A stretch of 64,000 nt of DNA, from contig JAQGDQ010000369.1 in NCBI GenBank assembly GCA_030141605.1, positions 62,001-126,000 of the forward strand, given 5' to 3'. Below, one piece after another: positions 25,178-38,505 of this stretch. The stretch comes from Tubiluchus corallicola. Lineage: Eukaryota; Animalia; Priapulida. A program made the translations under genes and the position numbers. Positions within the stretch are counted from its first letter, which is position 1. Every line of letters starts with the position of its first letter. Below the pieces are notes generated by a model, which saw nothing but the letters and a program-made list of their open reading frames with translations, was not told where the DNA came from and ran no database searches.

Positions 25178-25505
25178 ACCCAGACAGATCAGACCCCAGA
25201 CCGAGCAGACAGGACCGGAACCCAAGCAGACTGCCACATACTATTGATATACCAGATAGATCTGCCACTGACAACTGACAGGTCAGGCTTCAGACAGATG
25301 AGCACAGATCAAAACCCAAACAGCCCAACACGCAAAGGAAGCTTTGATGGATCATACCAGACGTCAAGTAAACCAGACCTCCGACAGACCAAATTCCAGA
25401 CAGAGCAGCTACAGACCAACCCAGACCATGTCAGACTCAAATTCATATCTAGAAGAGAAAGACTAAGACCTTGACCAGAAATTAGACCACATCGAAACCA
25501 TGACA
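25178..25505. repeat. Low-complexity CAGAC-rich degenerate repeat
   Basis: Many cagac/ccagac motifs. Confidence 0.6.
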
Positions 25506-26159
25506 AGACTCAACCATAGGTCACGATCTTGTAATATATTGTATCATCTGTGCTACATAATGATTGTTAAATTATGATGCAAAAACTGCTGCAAGATGAT
25601 TGTTACATAATAACGCAAAATTTGTCATGACAAATTTTGCGACTCGATCCTTTGTTACATAATGCAAAATTTTTGTTGCATAATGTGCCTTTTGTTACAC
25701 AATGAACCTAAACATCCGTCTTTAAATCTTGTAATGCTACAGAATACTTGATCTGTATTGTCTGTTGTGTAGTATTTTAAATATCAGTTGCTGTCACAAT
25801 TGGCGTCATTGAATTCACCGACTACAAAACTTTTGGCGTTCATTACTAAAAACAGTTATTTTGGCTAAACAACTCTTTCGAATTTTTTAATCATCACAGC
25901 GACCAATAACCAAGCAAATCACAAAACATTAGTGGTGTTATGCCAATGAGAAACGAAATGAAACTGTTTTAGCAAATATCATTATGTTATGAACATCAGG
26001 TTTAGCATTGACATGATATTAAAAACCAGCTCTTGCTGATCAAAAGCACTCTACATCATGAAAATAAATATTGCACAGATGTGTTCTCCTTTATTCTAAA
26101 TGCATATACAACATGTGAAACCTGTTTGTTATACAGTCGATCTCGGATAGAAGGGACAC

Positions 26160-26215
26160 CAACAACAACAACAACACACAACACACAACAACAACAACAA
26201 CAACAACAACAACAG
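26160..26215. repeat. (CAA)n microsatellite
   Basis: Seen directly in the sequence. Confidence 0.9.
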
Positions 26216-26308
26216 CCCAGTTACAATAGAAACTAGCCGAAAGTTACTAGAAAAATGGTTTTGCCTTAACAGTATGTAAGGCAAAAATACGCAAACAAAA
26301 CAGTCCCT

Positions 26309-26568
26309 TTATGCTAAAAAATCTTGCGCAAATAATATTCCTCTATAGTAAAAGAACGCGTATGCCAAGTAAATATAGGAGAAAATGTTGGGAGCTGCAG
26401 ATGTTTTAATATGCCAGCCTTCATGTTGATCATCACAGCCAAACTCTGAAAGTTTAATTCTGTTCGTATGATGTCTTCTTGGTGGTACAGCACAATCAAC
26501 AATCGAATCACGCCATGCGAACTTCTTAACCCAGGCCATGGCACAATCACAAACCAGTCTATAATTAT
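26309..26568 (-). CDS. LRR protein exon 2: LRRCT domain and hydrophobic C-terminal (GPI-signal-like) tail
   Basis: Acceptor ttcattttag|AT (phase 1). Encodes (D)NYRLVCDCAMAWV..DCAVPP..C.., the LRRCT N-x-L-x-CDC-x-x-x-W..C-x-x-P pattern, then SAAPNIFSYIYLAYAFFYYRGILFAQDFLA*. Confidence 0.75.
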
Positions 26569-27447
26569 CTAAAATGAAACAAGCTAAATTTAAAAATAAT
26601 GTTAAAATCGCAACGGCCAATAAGGCTCGGACTATGTACGCAGCACAAGCCAATAGCTTTTGGGAGATTATAGAAATGTAAACGCGTTGATCAGTTCAAA
26701 AAAATGAAAATGTCTCTTTCTGTGCTAACCATTGCAGATTCCTCTTATTGTGCTTATTGTTCAATATTGCTAAAGGGCAACAGTTACTAAAGGTTTGCCA
26801 TAGGTCATCATAGGTATATCATAGATCATAAACAGTCAGACAGTAAAATAGTCCATTGGGGGGAGGGGGCAAAGTGGGAGAGGCTAAACATTTTTACTTA
26901 TATCTAACTTAAGGTGTACAGCTCTCCCCATCTGTCATTTAGTGACGTCGTCTTTCCTACTTCTTACAAAAAATGTTACTTAATTCTCGGGATCATTGTA
27001 GTAGTAGTTAGGATCTATATTTTAAAAATTATTTTTTACGATTTTGTCCTAGACAATCCTTTCTCATTGATCCAGGCAAACGCCAACCATTTCCAAAATA
27101 CTGCAAAATCTTGTTAAGTATTTGCCTATTTTAACAATGATGATTACAGTTCTGAAAACTTTTACAGTAGAATCACATCACCACACTTAGCTAACTCAAA
27201 TGTTACAAAAAATGGGTGAAAAAATGAAAAATTCTCATTTGTAGAAACCTTCGTTTAGAATTATTTAAAGCATAACTAACATCACATGTAACAGATATTT
27301 GAAACGAGAGAACCATTTCGCCTTGTCCTACCATTCTACTTTCCCTTAGATAAATAAACTTTGAGACTATACAGCAATTTTGTGGACTTTATGAAATGAC
27401 AAGTCTCAAGAAAGCACTCAATGACATAAAGAATTGTATTTATTTAC

Positions 27448-28099
27448 CTGTTAATTTGATAATAACCTCTGAATAATCAACATCTTTGTGGAGTTTAGGT
27501 TTAAACATTGTTTCAATCCCGCTGTTCATTACGCTAACTTGTTCAATCTTGAATGAGTTTGTTAGATCCAAATCCAAACTTTTCAGCTTCGGAGAGAAGA
27601 TAATAACAATTTTTTTAACATGTTCGGTGCGCGCAAAAGCGCGCTTGTCAATTTCACTCAGTTTAGTATTATTAACAATGTGTATCGATTCGGAAACGTT
27701 TCCTTTTATACCATCTCGCCCAATTTTAGATAAATGAGTTTCAGAAAGAGTGAGAGTATGCATGCTACAACCGTCAAATGCATTTTTTGATAATTCCTGA
27801 CCTTCGTAGTTTATCAAAGTTATGAAATCAATTGAATGTCCACGAAGAAGAGTTGTCAATTGATCAAGCTGCTCTTCTTTGACAGATCTGATACTTGATC
27901 CACAGGTTACCCCGCATTTATATGCTGCTTCGTATTTCTTATTTGTTTGGACAGCGTAAGGCACATCCTTAAAGTCGCAATAAGGCACCAAAATGCGCTG
28001 CAAATCTCTGCTGTACTCTCTCAAACACTTGAGCGCTGTTTCTCCATATCCTTTCCCGGCAAAAATTAATAAATTCAAACAGATTATAAAATCCTTCAT
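27448..28099 (-). CDS. LRR protein exon 1: signal peptide, Cys-rich cap and leucine-rich repeats (303 aa when spliced)
   Basis: Signal-like MKDFIICLNLLIFAGKGYG. LRR-like units LSKNAFDG, LTLSETHLSKI, NTKLSEIDKRAF. Donor ACAG|gtaaat at 27447. Exon lengths 652+260=912 nt, in frame. Confidence 0.8.
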
Positions 28100-28723
28100 A
28101 GCTGACCCACTTTATGCGAGAAGCTAAGAGCATTCCACTTAACAAGAGAACTTCGTAACAATTAGTATGTAAACAATACTACACATAGCTATTTGAAGAA
28201 CACTACTTCGCAGCATTCGAAAACATGAATTGTTTTCCACTCGATCGAAAATAAATTAGCTAAGTAGCCTTTCAAGCGGCAGTCTTATTAAAACGCCAAA
28301 TTGCTATGCATACTATGCAACAGTAGATGATGCAGTATGTGTTGAGGTTAATTGATTCATTTTTTTCAGAATTGCGATTTCCAGTTACGGTCGTCTTATA
28401 TTTTACATCTTTACTTGATGTGTACGAAATCAACCTTCTAAACCTTCTACATTTGATCCAGAACTCAAAAGGAGCAGAGTTGAACGGCCTGCGTAAATTT
28501 AGTCTATAATTTACCCATAACTAGTGGTTCGCGTAAAAAATAGGTACGAGAATTAGCTAAGAAAATCCGCTAACCTACTGAAGTAGCTTAATTATTAAAA
28601 CTAGAAGGTCCAATTCCCCTATAGCTAGTCTGCTACCACACGAGTATAGTCATCAAGCATTAGCAATGCTTACTATGAAATGGACTTCATTTCAGCGCTA
28701 TCTGTTCGAGAAAAACGCAGTAT

Positions 28724-28820
28724 CAGTAGTAGCAGAAGCAGCAGCAGCAGTAGTAGTAGTAGCAGCAGCAGATGTAGCAACAGTAGCAACAGCAGCAGTA
28801 GTAGTAGCAGCAGCAGCAGT
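28724..28820. repeat. (AGT/AGC)n compound microsatellite
   Basis: Seen directly in the sequence. Confidence 0.9.
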
Positions 28821-28921
28821 TTATTGACTAATACTTTGTAACGGAAACAGATCGAGAACAAACGACATATGGCTAAAAATAAAGATTAGTCCAGAATAAC
28901 AAAGCCAGTTTTTCAATTAAA

Positions 28922-28928
28922 CCTCTCT

Positions 28929-28984
<56 letters not shown>

Positions 28985-29025
28985 TCCTCTCTCTCCCTCA
29001 CTCTTAATTTATCTATCTATCTATG

Positions 29026-29062
<37 letters not shown>

Positions 29063-29115
29063 GCCTGCCTGTCTGTCTGTCTGTCTGTCTGTCTGTCTGC
29101 CTGCCTGCCTGTCTA
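28922..29115. repeat. (CT)n followed by (TCTA)/(TCTG)/(CCTG)n microsatellites
   Basis: Seen directly in the sequence. Confidence 0.95.
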
Positions 29116-31815
29116 TTCGTCTCTTCCCGCACCGACCACATAATAGTTTGGATAAGTTTCGCATTATATATCATCTAAAATTAGCCTAGACGTTTTTTTT
29201 TCAAAATACCGCAATTTCATTAGAAATTCTGCTATATGATAGTGGTGGGTGTTAGTGCTTTTATAACGTCTAATACGTCTTGGGACATTTGTACCTGTTG
29301 TCACTGTGTTAGAGAATTTTGATTGTTTCTATTTTGTTTCCTTCATCTGAACGTAGTTAACGGCATAGTGCTGAAACGCCGCGCCTCTGTCATTTTTTTA
29401 ATGTACTACCATTTAATTAGTTGTTAAGACTCTCATGCAAACAATTTCCTCTATGTTATATAGCTCTGATATAAGAACAAATAAACGCACGCACCTGCAA
29501 TTCGATCTGATATCGACGCATTCCACAACGGCTGCGCTGTCGCCACTGTCAGCGTTATCATCGCAATGAAGAGTTTCATTCGGGCAGTCAGTTTTCCTCC
29601 AACATCATTAAAACGAATTCTAATAAAGCTCTGTCTAATCCAGGACCACATTACAAAACACGCTTGACAGTATTCAGTAAGTTTTTATAACGTTTCTCGT
29701 AACAATAATTAATAACTATATTATATACCAAAAATAATAGGAACGTTAATTCACAAAATAATTTATTTTTGAGACCAGCACGAATTTCCTATAGCGTTAC
29801 TCGGTATCACAGGATAGGCTGCAGGCCTTAAAGTCATTTTTCTCGTAAACGCTCAGAAAAACTTACCAAATTAACTTCGCCTATTTACACGAGCCAAATT
29901 TACAAAAACAACAGGATGTCACAAGCAAACACGCTTTTGCATAGCCAGCAATTTTCATGTTGTCGTTCTCATCGAAAATAAACAACAAAACGCTTTTAAA
30001 CTCGTGAAAACGTGTGGCCATTTTCATGAAAATCTCATTTTAATTCTCGTTTGCCTTTTTTGTAAAATTTATCATCATTCTTAACGTGCGGCCACAAACA
30101 AATTCCTCCGCTAACTTCCGGTTAACTGGCTGCTTCTGTAGGTTCACATGTGGTAGAAATTTGGAGAAAGTCTTCAGCAAAACTCACTCAACGCTCCTGT
30201 TATTATAAGGGAAGTAAACCTAACGAGGAGGACTGCCTGTAAATGAGAGAGGTGCTACCTATAATGTGCGTGCGATTATTACTTGTATTTAGGCCTACAC
30301 CTAGAGCAAGTAACCATACAATTAATTGCAATTTATTATATTTGTTTCATACGTTTGCCAGGATGTGGGCAGATGATAACAATTAGTAAATTAGGTTGGT
30401 ATTCCCCAAGTTACCTTCTGTCATAAAGTCAGACAGTCTGTGGAGAATTAAAACCGTTATGGTGTCATCCATTTATGAGTATAAATTCATACAAGAATCA
30501 CGCACAGGGGCGGATTAAAGGTTTCACAGACACAGGGCTTATCAACAAGCGAACAGCCTAATGGCTGAGCATAACTACACATCCAATTGTGATACTACGC
30601 ACGAAGATTTTCTTCTTGGTGCTGACCAGAGGCATACTAATAGCCTCAATGACAATTGTGAAATTATATTAATGTTTTCTGAGTCAACATTTGTATTAAT
30701 TTAATACTTTCTGTGTAAATTATCAGTGTAAACTTGTATGCTCATGGTAAATCTAGTAATAAGTTCTAAAAAAGTGCTAGACCTTTACGAAGTACTTCAG
30801 GAATGTTTTGTACGTTGTGTTCGGTCAAGCCTTGCGAAAAAAACGACTATTTTGGCACCTTACATTATATCTGCTTTCTCTACAAAGCAAATGTCGTGGA
30901 AATAAACAATTTCGTAAAAAATCTGTTCAGTGTTTTTTGCATTGCATAATAATCTTACTGCTATAACGGGCAAAAACAATCAGATAAACAAACAAACATA
31001 CAAACCGTGTTGATGCACAATCGGCGGAGGTAAAAATTTTCCCCACAATAACTATAACATTGATTTCGTATTTTACTAAGTATACCATTTTTTACTGTGC
31101 CATTTTTCCTGTGCCACTTTTGCTTACTTTTCCACTTGCATCATTTTTACGTCATTTTTACCGTGTCATTTTATCTTGTGCCATCATTATCTGTGCCAAT
31201 TTTGCCTACATTTGTTCTATTCTACTCAAATGAATTAGACTAAGGCAGGTAAGCCCAACTGCTGCTCAATTTTTTTTTGAAATACATTTAGACTTTAATT
31301 ACTTTAAAATTTTTGCTAATAGCTAACTCATTGTGTCTGTTAGGAAATTTTGTCATAAGTATTTTGCTATTATAACTTGGAATTTAGATTAAAAAGCATT
31401 TCAATCATCTTGGAAATTATAGGCTTATATTACACGCAAAAGAAGTCTGCTGCGTTAAAACCGCATAGTATTCAAGTAATAATTTAACTTAAAAACAAAC
31501 TTGCCTCATTTGTTTAAATGACAGGCAACAAAAAAACAACCATTTATTTGCCATTGAATGTTTCTATTTGATCACATCCTTGATTAATACAGTTAGTTGT
31601 GTCACATCAGTGGAATTTTACGAATTAAAATTCCAAAGAAAGATCTATGCCGCCTAACTGATTATCTGTGAATTTGCAATTCTGACTAGATGGCGATTAC
31701 AAAGTCGATTGTAAAAATTATTTTTTTTTAGAATTATTTACAGCTGAGTTAATTTTTCGTCCGTTAGGTGGCGATAGTAGGCGTTCTCTGGGCGGAGTTG
31801 CCACTGAAAACCAAA

Positions 31816-31939
31816 ATGGAGGATACAAATTTTGATCCCGCCGCTGAATTTCTTGCTCGAGAACAAGAGCAGTTAGAGGGAATTGATGACTCGAATCTTG
31901 GAATAGGATTGGAAGAAAATGCTAACATTCCAGAACAAG
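31816..31939 (+). CDS. CLTA: Clathrin light chain, exon 1
   Basis: MEDTNFDPAAEFLAREQEQL contains the conserved DPAAxFLA motif. Donor CAAG|gtaaag. Probably the single invertebrate CLTA/CLTB orthologue. Confidence 0.92.
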
Positions 31940-32439
31940 GTAAAGTTTTGTAATTTGACTATAAAAATCGTTACGTGGTAAACGAAACAGCGACATTGTG
32001 GCCCAATCCTAGTCACACTGTAGTGAATAATTCCGACAGTTGTATAACGGCTTCAGCTTAAAGAACATATTCAATAATTTGTGAAATACTGGCCGCGTAG
32101 CTTTGTCGTGACTCACATGTATAAAACAGAAAAACGTGAAAAGTGGCTTATCTTTACATGTTATTAGTATTACTTTACTATAGCTAATTTGCGTGTCGGT
32201 AGTTTTTTCGTCATTACTTATTACAAACAAATGACAGTAATATAAAACTTTAACATGTCTTACAGAACAGATCGACTGGCAGATTACCACTACCTCAAAT
32301 CGACTAGCATTAATATTAGTATTAGTGTGGATTTTTCTTACAAAATGATTCTATAGCAACTTATCATGTTTTATAAATGAATGCCTACATTGAAACATTG
32401 CAACCTTTCACTTAAAATAAATTCTACATTATATTGCAG

Positions 32440-32486
32440 GCGGCTTGGGAGATGAAGAAGATTTTCAATTTGAATCTGCAGATACG
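32440..32486 (+). CDS. CLTA: Clathrin light chain, exon 2
   Basis: ttgcag|GC GGC TTG GGA...GAT ACG|gtactt; keeps the frame (GGLGDEEDFQFESADT). Confidence 0.75.
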
Positions 32487-32828
32487 GTACTTAACATAAT
32501 TTAGTAATTCTGCATTAATTTATGTGTTTCACGTGGTACTGTTACTCTCCTAACCGAGTGACTTTTCAGCACACCAATTCTCAGATTTTGTGAACTGAAT
32601 TGAAAGAATAATTGCTGACACGCCTGATATTAAAAATATAGAGTTTATAATCTCATACAAAAATATTCTAGATGGTTTTTGTGTTTCTTGAATTCTTAGG
32701 CCTACTTTGAAAATCACTTCTACAAAACTTCACGTTTATAAGTTTTGCTTGCATTTGACAAATCTGTTGGAATGAGTTTTTTGCAATTTTTTTTCTTGTA
32801 ATCATTATGGCATTGTTTCGTTTATCAG

Positions 32829-32973
32829 GGTCCAGAGATTTTAGAAGAAAATGGTCCGACCAGCGAGGATCAGGGCGGATATGCGGCCATTGCGCAAATA
32901 GACAAGGTGCGACAAGAACCTGAGAAGATCAAGAAGTGGAGAGAAGAACAGAAAGAACGATTAGAAAAGAAAG
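32829..32973 (+). CDS. CLTA: Clathrin light chain, exon 3 (GC donor)
   Basis: GPEILEENGPT..YAAIAQIDKVRQEPEKIKKWREEQKERLEKK. The exon ends AAAG|gcaagg. Confidence 0.9.
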
Positions 32974-33174
32974 GCAAGGAAGACTGTTAGATTAAATCAC
33001 TATAGACATTTGTGGAAATAATTTAAAAGAAAACGTCTAATCTTCCTTAGTTGTAAATGCTCTGAAAACATAGTCTTATAATGTGATCTGAAAAGAAAAA
33101 ACTAAGTAGTTACCCATTAGTGACTTATATACACTATGCATCTCTTATATTAATATTCTTGGTATATTTATATA

Positions 33175-33640
33175 TATGTATATAAGATTCGAGGCTACAG
33201 CCCGGACGAGGGCACTATTTGCTGCGATCTATATATCAAACGAAAGGTCTCGATCTAGTGTCTTCTCATTGATGGTTTATTTTTCGAATCGGGCCCACCG
33301 GGAGGAACGGGGGGCGGAAAACCTCCAAAAATGGCCCTTTTTCGGCCGTTTTTTGCAAAAAATTGCGAAAGTTATACGGCTGAGATGTAGAGAACGGGAA
33401 CGGGCCGAGGGGGGTACTGGGTATGGATAGTTAATAATTACTTTTTTAATTTGTTCAAGGTTAAGTGGCTTATGGGAGCATTTTCTCAATATTTTTTGCT
33501 TCTTCTGAAGGGAAAACCAACCTTTGAACAACATTCATTGTATTTTAATATACACTTAATATATACTATATATACTGAAACGGTTAGCTATTTAACCGGC
33601 CACTAACTGGTGTAACCATTAAACTGTTGCTTAGCCAAGT
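33175..33640. mobile_element. Probable transposon fragment (Helitron-like) in a clathrin light chain intron
   Basis: Abrupt GC/CpG-rich block between tatata runs, with cgaaaggtctcgatc and ctatatatactg motifs. The family assignment is tentative. Confidence 0.3.
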
Positions 33641-34518
33641 TTTCTACGTATCCATATTACTGGAACCTTGTGTCTTCTCTGAGTTGGCGCACGCAGTTAA
33701 CAATGTCCCACTTGCATAAAATTGTACTATTTACAACATTGTTTCATGTAATCTGGTTGCCTAAGAAGCATGTAAACGGTAAATTGCAAAAGGTTTTTCA
33801 CTCTCGTATGTTTAGTTTATTTGACATTTATACATATATTAAAATTGTATAAAAGAAAGAATCGGCAGGCGCATGCGCACTTACGCTGATCCTATAAGAC
33901 ATAAAGATGAACAAAAATAAAATTTATAAAAACAATACCCTAAAATTGAATTATATACTATATACAACACGTTTTATACAATAATACGATTCGGAAAGCC
34001 AGTTATGCCAATGACAATGTTACATATTTCGGATAAAGTAGCAATAAGACAGTAAATTAACATTAGCTAATCTTTTCATGAAAACCGACAAACTGGTAGC
34101 GTGAACTACGTGAGAGAGTCTAGAGCATTCCAAATATTTACGAGTCTGTTAGCAAATGAAAATTTTGATGCGTAATGTTACGAGGATGCCACCATGTTGG
34201 ACCTTCTCGCTGGCGCATGCTAGATTTGAACTGCACCAATTACTCATGCATGTGATGTGTATTCGATATTTTCGTATATATGACGCCATGGGGAATGGTT
34301 AACTGGTTGACTCACCTCAATTCATAACTGTTAAACAGTTAGTTAAAAAGCCTATCTGCCTCAAGTCTAAAATATACGTGCATAAAATGCGTTGCTTAAA
34401 CATGCACAAGAAATTTAGTTTTTTGAAAGAAATGGTATGATGTCAGAATAATTCGGCCCTGAATACTGTTTGTTTGTATGAGTGTATATATGATTGTATT
34501 ATTATACTTATAATACAG

Positions 34519-34630
34519 ATGCAGAAGATGAAATGAAGAGGGGAGAATGGAGAGACAAAGCAAAAAAAGAGTTAGAGGAATGGTATGCTCGACAGGCAGA
34601 ACAACTTGAAAAGACCAAGGCTAATAACAG
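34519..34630 (+). CDS. CLTA: Clathrin light chain, exon 4
   Basis: DAEDEMKRGEWRDKAKKELEEWYARQAEQLEKTKANNR; atacag| acceptor and AG|gtgatt donor. Confidence 0.93.
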
Positions 34631-35049
34631 GTGATTTTCCTATAACAGAACTTGTATACTTCTATGTTACTGTTAGTATTACAATTTAATGTCATTTTGT
34701 AACTGATGACATAAACCTTGCAAACTTGCAATTTTTATCTTCAAAAGAAAATTTAAACAATCTGTTTTTGAAAATTACTAATCTTGCTAGTTTATTAGTG
34801 GACTCTCTAGTTATTTGTTGTAGCATTTGCAAACTTACTTTTCTCTGACTACTTACTTTATTACGCATTCTAATTTAATATCTTCCATCACAATACTATT
34901 TTTAAGTCTGTCACTCTATCTATCTTTACATATCTATTTGTTTACGTTTTTGTATGTTTTTTTCATATTCTTTCTTCCTTTCTCTGCATACTTTACACAA
35001 GTATAGTAGGCAGTCCACTTACAAACTTGACTTCATTGTTGTTGGTATA

Positions 35050-35669
35050 CAGCGTTCCTTCGCTACTTCGCGATTCGTTAATCGCGGACTCGCTGTTTCC
35101 CGGGTTTTCAAAAATATTAATGTAAAATATTTATCACGATATTTTCATTGTTTCGCAGATTTTTGCAGTGCTCCGTCTAAAGTATTTTTGCATATGCGTA
35201 GTACGTATTGTACAGTAATGTATAGATTTGATGAATTTTGCATAAAAAAATCACAAAATGTATAAAAATGTATTAAAAATATTAATTCTAACATTAAAGG
35301 AATATTATACATCATAAAAAATTACCATGTACAGTAAATAGTGTATTTACTCGGTGGATGAATACACAGTAAAAACGAAGTGTAGTACTTGCGCACGCTT
35401 GAGATGCTACTTGCCGACGTGAGATTGTATCTAGGTTTATGAGTTTAAAACATTTTTACGAACCTTTAGTAAAGTTTTTTAAAAAGTACAGTATGGGAAA
35501 AGTTATTAAGGGAATGGGAAAGGGTTATGTATAAGAGTCTGGGGAGGGTTTATAAAGACTTAAAATAATGTATAACTACTAAAATAAGTATAGCGTCCCT
35601 ACTTCGCGGAAATTCACTTATCGTGGGTAGGCCTGGAATGGAACACCCGCGATAAGTGAGGGAACACTG
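35050..35669. mobile_element. Tigger/pogo-type MITE
   Basis: TA|cagcgttccttcgctacttcgcg ... cgcgataagtgagggaacactg|TA: imperfect TIRs with a TA TSD. Confidence 0.8.
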
Positions 35670-37030
35670 TACATTATTGTTCAACACGTATGTAATATGT
35701 GAATCTAATAAAACTGTTAAAAACTATTAACTATTAAACAAGCTTTGTCATAAGAAAATAATGCAAAGGATGCAAAGATCTAAATGCACTGAAAGTTACT
35801 GTTGTTGCCCCAGAGCCACTTCTGTGAACTGTTATACAAATGTGCATACAAAAATGTTTCCTATAAAAATCATCATAGAACTAACTTCTGGTTATTGCCA
35901 TTGAAATCTGTCAAAATTTAAGTTAAAATTTAAACGGTAGGTTTTTATAATACCACAAAGGTATACACCTTAGCAGAATGCTGAGTTACTTTCACTTCTC
36001 AGAAGACGGCATCTTTTGACTGGAGGTGTCTTCGGGTATGAGTAGTTTCGGATGGCACCCAACCACTATTTCTAATCGTTTAACTAATTTCAACGTCAAG
36101 GCGATTGTTAGGTTATCTGACTGTAATTAGCTGCATACAACCAAAGAGATTTGTGTGCTTGAAACTAAAACCATCTACAAGTCAGCATAGTTAAAACTAC
36201 GTTATTATGCTTCAAAGTAGAAAACACCAAAAATTTGGTCAAATGTTGATTTTTTTATTTTTGATAAAAACAAATGCTAAATATATTGGCCTTTTATATT
36301 CTAGCATCAATTTATCAGGAAAATGTCCCAAAAATACTAGAAATTTAATTTTATCGCTCCTTACCCACTTTTCTGTCTAGAAACTAGTACTGCAATTGTA
36401 AAAAAACTTGTATTTTCTAACTCTGATTGTAGCTCGTGGAAGCAGCCATTTTGCTTCGGGTTTTTTCTGTTGACAATACCAAATCTTCGTCAGGAAGAGC
36501 CATCTACTGGATTTAAACGTAACTTCAATTTCCTCTTGTAAAATCCATAGCAACCACACTTTCGTACAGTTGCTAAGTGTTTTGCAGAGACGAGACAAAA
36601 AACAATAGCTGACTAACAGTGTTTTTCTCAAGATTAGGTTTTTCAGTGCGTAGCATGTACCTCAATCCGAATTATCTCAGCTTGAAATAACATGGAGCGA
36701 TGAGTTTAGTGTCAAAATGATCCTCATGAAATGGAGATTCAGGATATGTGAATAACTAGAAAGCTTTATTGCCGACTTACGGATGATTTTGCTACACAAG
36801 CACACATTTAATCTTCGTCTTCATTATAAATACTGATTATTTGTGAAACAATTAGGACCTGAACTAAAACTAGAATAGCTTTCATCAGTCGGTGTCCAAT
36901 TTGTGATACAATTTTTCTTCCCGGTGAAGTTGTACTTGAAGGAAGAAGTGTCTGATATTCTATTGATGATATTATTAGTTGTGAGCATAAATTATTTGCT
37001 TAATATAAACCGTTATATTTTGTGCTTCAG

Positions 37031-37211
37031 GGCCCAGGAGAAGGTGTTTATTGAAGAAAGAGACGCCGATGTGCCAGGGGAAGAATGGGAACGCATAGCT
37101 CGTCTCTGTGATTTCAACCCGAAGTCTAGTCGGCACACAAAAGATGTATCTCGTTTGCGATCAATCATTCTGCAGTTGAAGCAGACGCCCATTAAGACTG
37201 GTGCACAGTAG
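37031..37211 (+). CDS. CLTA: Clathrin light chain, exon 5 (terminal)
   Basis: AQEKVFIEERD..PGEEWERIARLCDFNPKSSRHTKDVSRLRSIILQLKQTP*, the canonical CLC C-terminus. Confidence 0.95.
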
Positions 37212-38235
37212 CCAATGCTGCATTCTCGTTATACTGTTAGTGACTGTATTCATACTGTTAGCACATCAAAGGATAAATGGTCTGATCTGTATTCATCTGT
37301 GTTTAATTAATTTGTTCACTGCGAAGCCTTTGATGTTTATCCAGATCGCCGAAATGACCTCGTCATTTCTCACATCAAATGGTCGTTATACTAAGTTATT
37401 TTAAATTCCTTACTCACTATTCTGTTCCTGTATTGGTTGTATGGCAAATATCTGACTGAATAATGCATGTCTAGTAAGCTCATAAGCTCAGGTATGTTGT
37501 GCTTACATACAATTGTAACGCACAGTCTCTCTAATTACTCTTTAACTGCAAGTTATCTTACTGTTCCAGCAACAACTACAGTGACTGATAACATTAATAA
37601 CACGATAAAAACACTTTAATCTTTATCTGATCTTTTTATTAAAATAAATTAACTATTCGACTTCTCCTGTCTACAAAAACGTGTTTACACCATTCTCTGG
37701 TGTAATAATTCTCACCCAACTCTTTTCACTCACTCACTTTTACCCTTCCGCTTTACTCTGTTTATAGTCCTGCTTCCATATTCGTTTGCAACAATTGATA
37801 ACTATCAAAACTATCACCTTACAGAACAATTAACTTCTTGTTTTCAGCAAGTTTTGCCCATGTTTTATGGCTTATATATTAACTTTTTGGCCAATAGAGG
37901 ACAGCACCACTGTTTAGTTTCATTAGCTTGTTGATGAAGTGTGCCTGACATGTGCAGGCATCATTACTACTCTTGTATATGTCAGTTAATTTGTGCATTA
38001 AGTCTGAATGTACAGTCCAGTCAAACAAGCCAGTCAAAACAGTGTTTTTAATGACTGGAGATTCTTGTCAGGCTGTGAAGTGGTTACAACCTGTAATATT
38101 CTGTATTGGTGCTTGGATACAAGTAGAACTGCCAGTTTGCAGTAATGCTGTGACATTGGTACAACCGTGTAGCACAAAGTCAAACTTAAGCGACAGTAAG
38201 AGCTGCATTGCACGCTACTTTTTCCGTGACACAGC

Positions 38236-38505
38236 CAGGGTCGTCGAGAGCCATTGCGGGCCCCGGGGCGGCATGCATAAGGGCCCCATTTCAAGTGGCA
38301 AACCATTACGTAAAGTTGAACAAAACAGAAATTACGCCATTACTGACATTCTGTAAGAACCTAAGACATTGAAGCTGTAACGGCTAATCGATGTAGACAA
38401 CGCTATGAAGGAAAAAAACTTTAGCAACTCTCACTATATATAACCCTGGTTGCGTCGTTAATCTGCACGGGGCCCCCTAAACACCTGGGGCACTGCCCCC
38501 CTCTC
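38236..38505. mobile_element. Degenerate hAT-like MITE
   Basis: Starts cagggtcgtcgagag, has gggcccc motifs near both ends and finishes ccccccctctc. The right TIR is decayed. Confidence 0.4.

Noticed and set aside
34631-37030. Neuronal-type alternative insert exon of clathrin light chain
   Set aside because: I found no frame-preserving, stop-free exon with good splice sites by eye.
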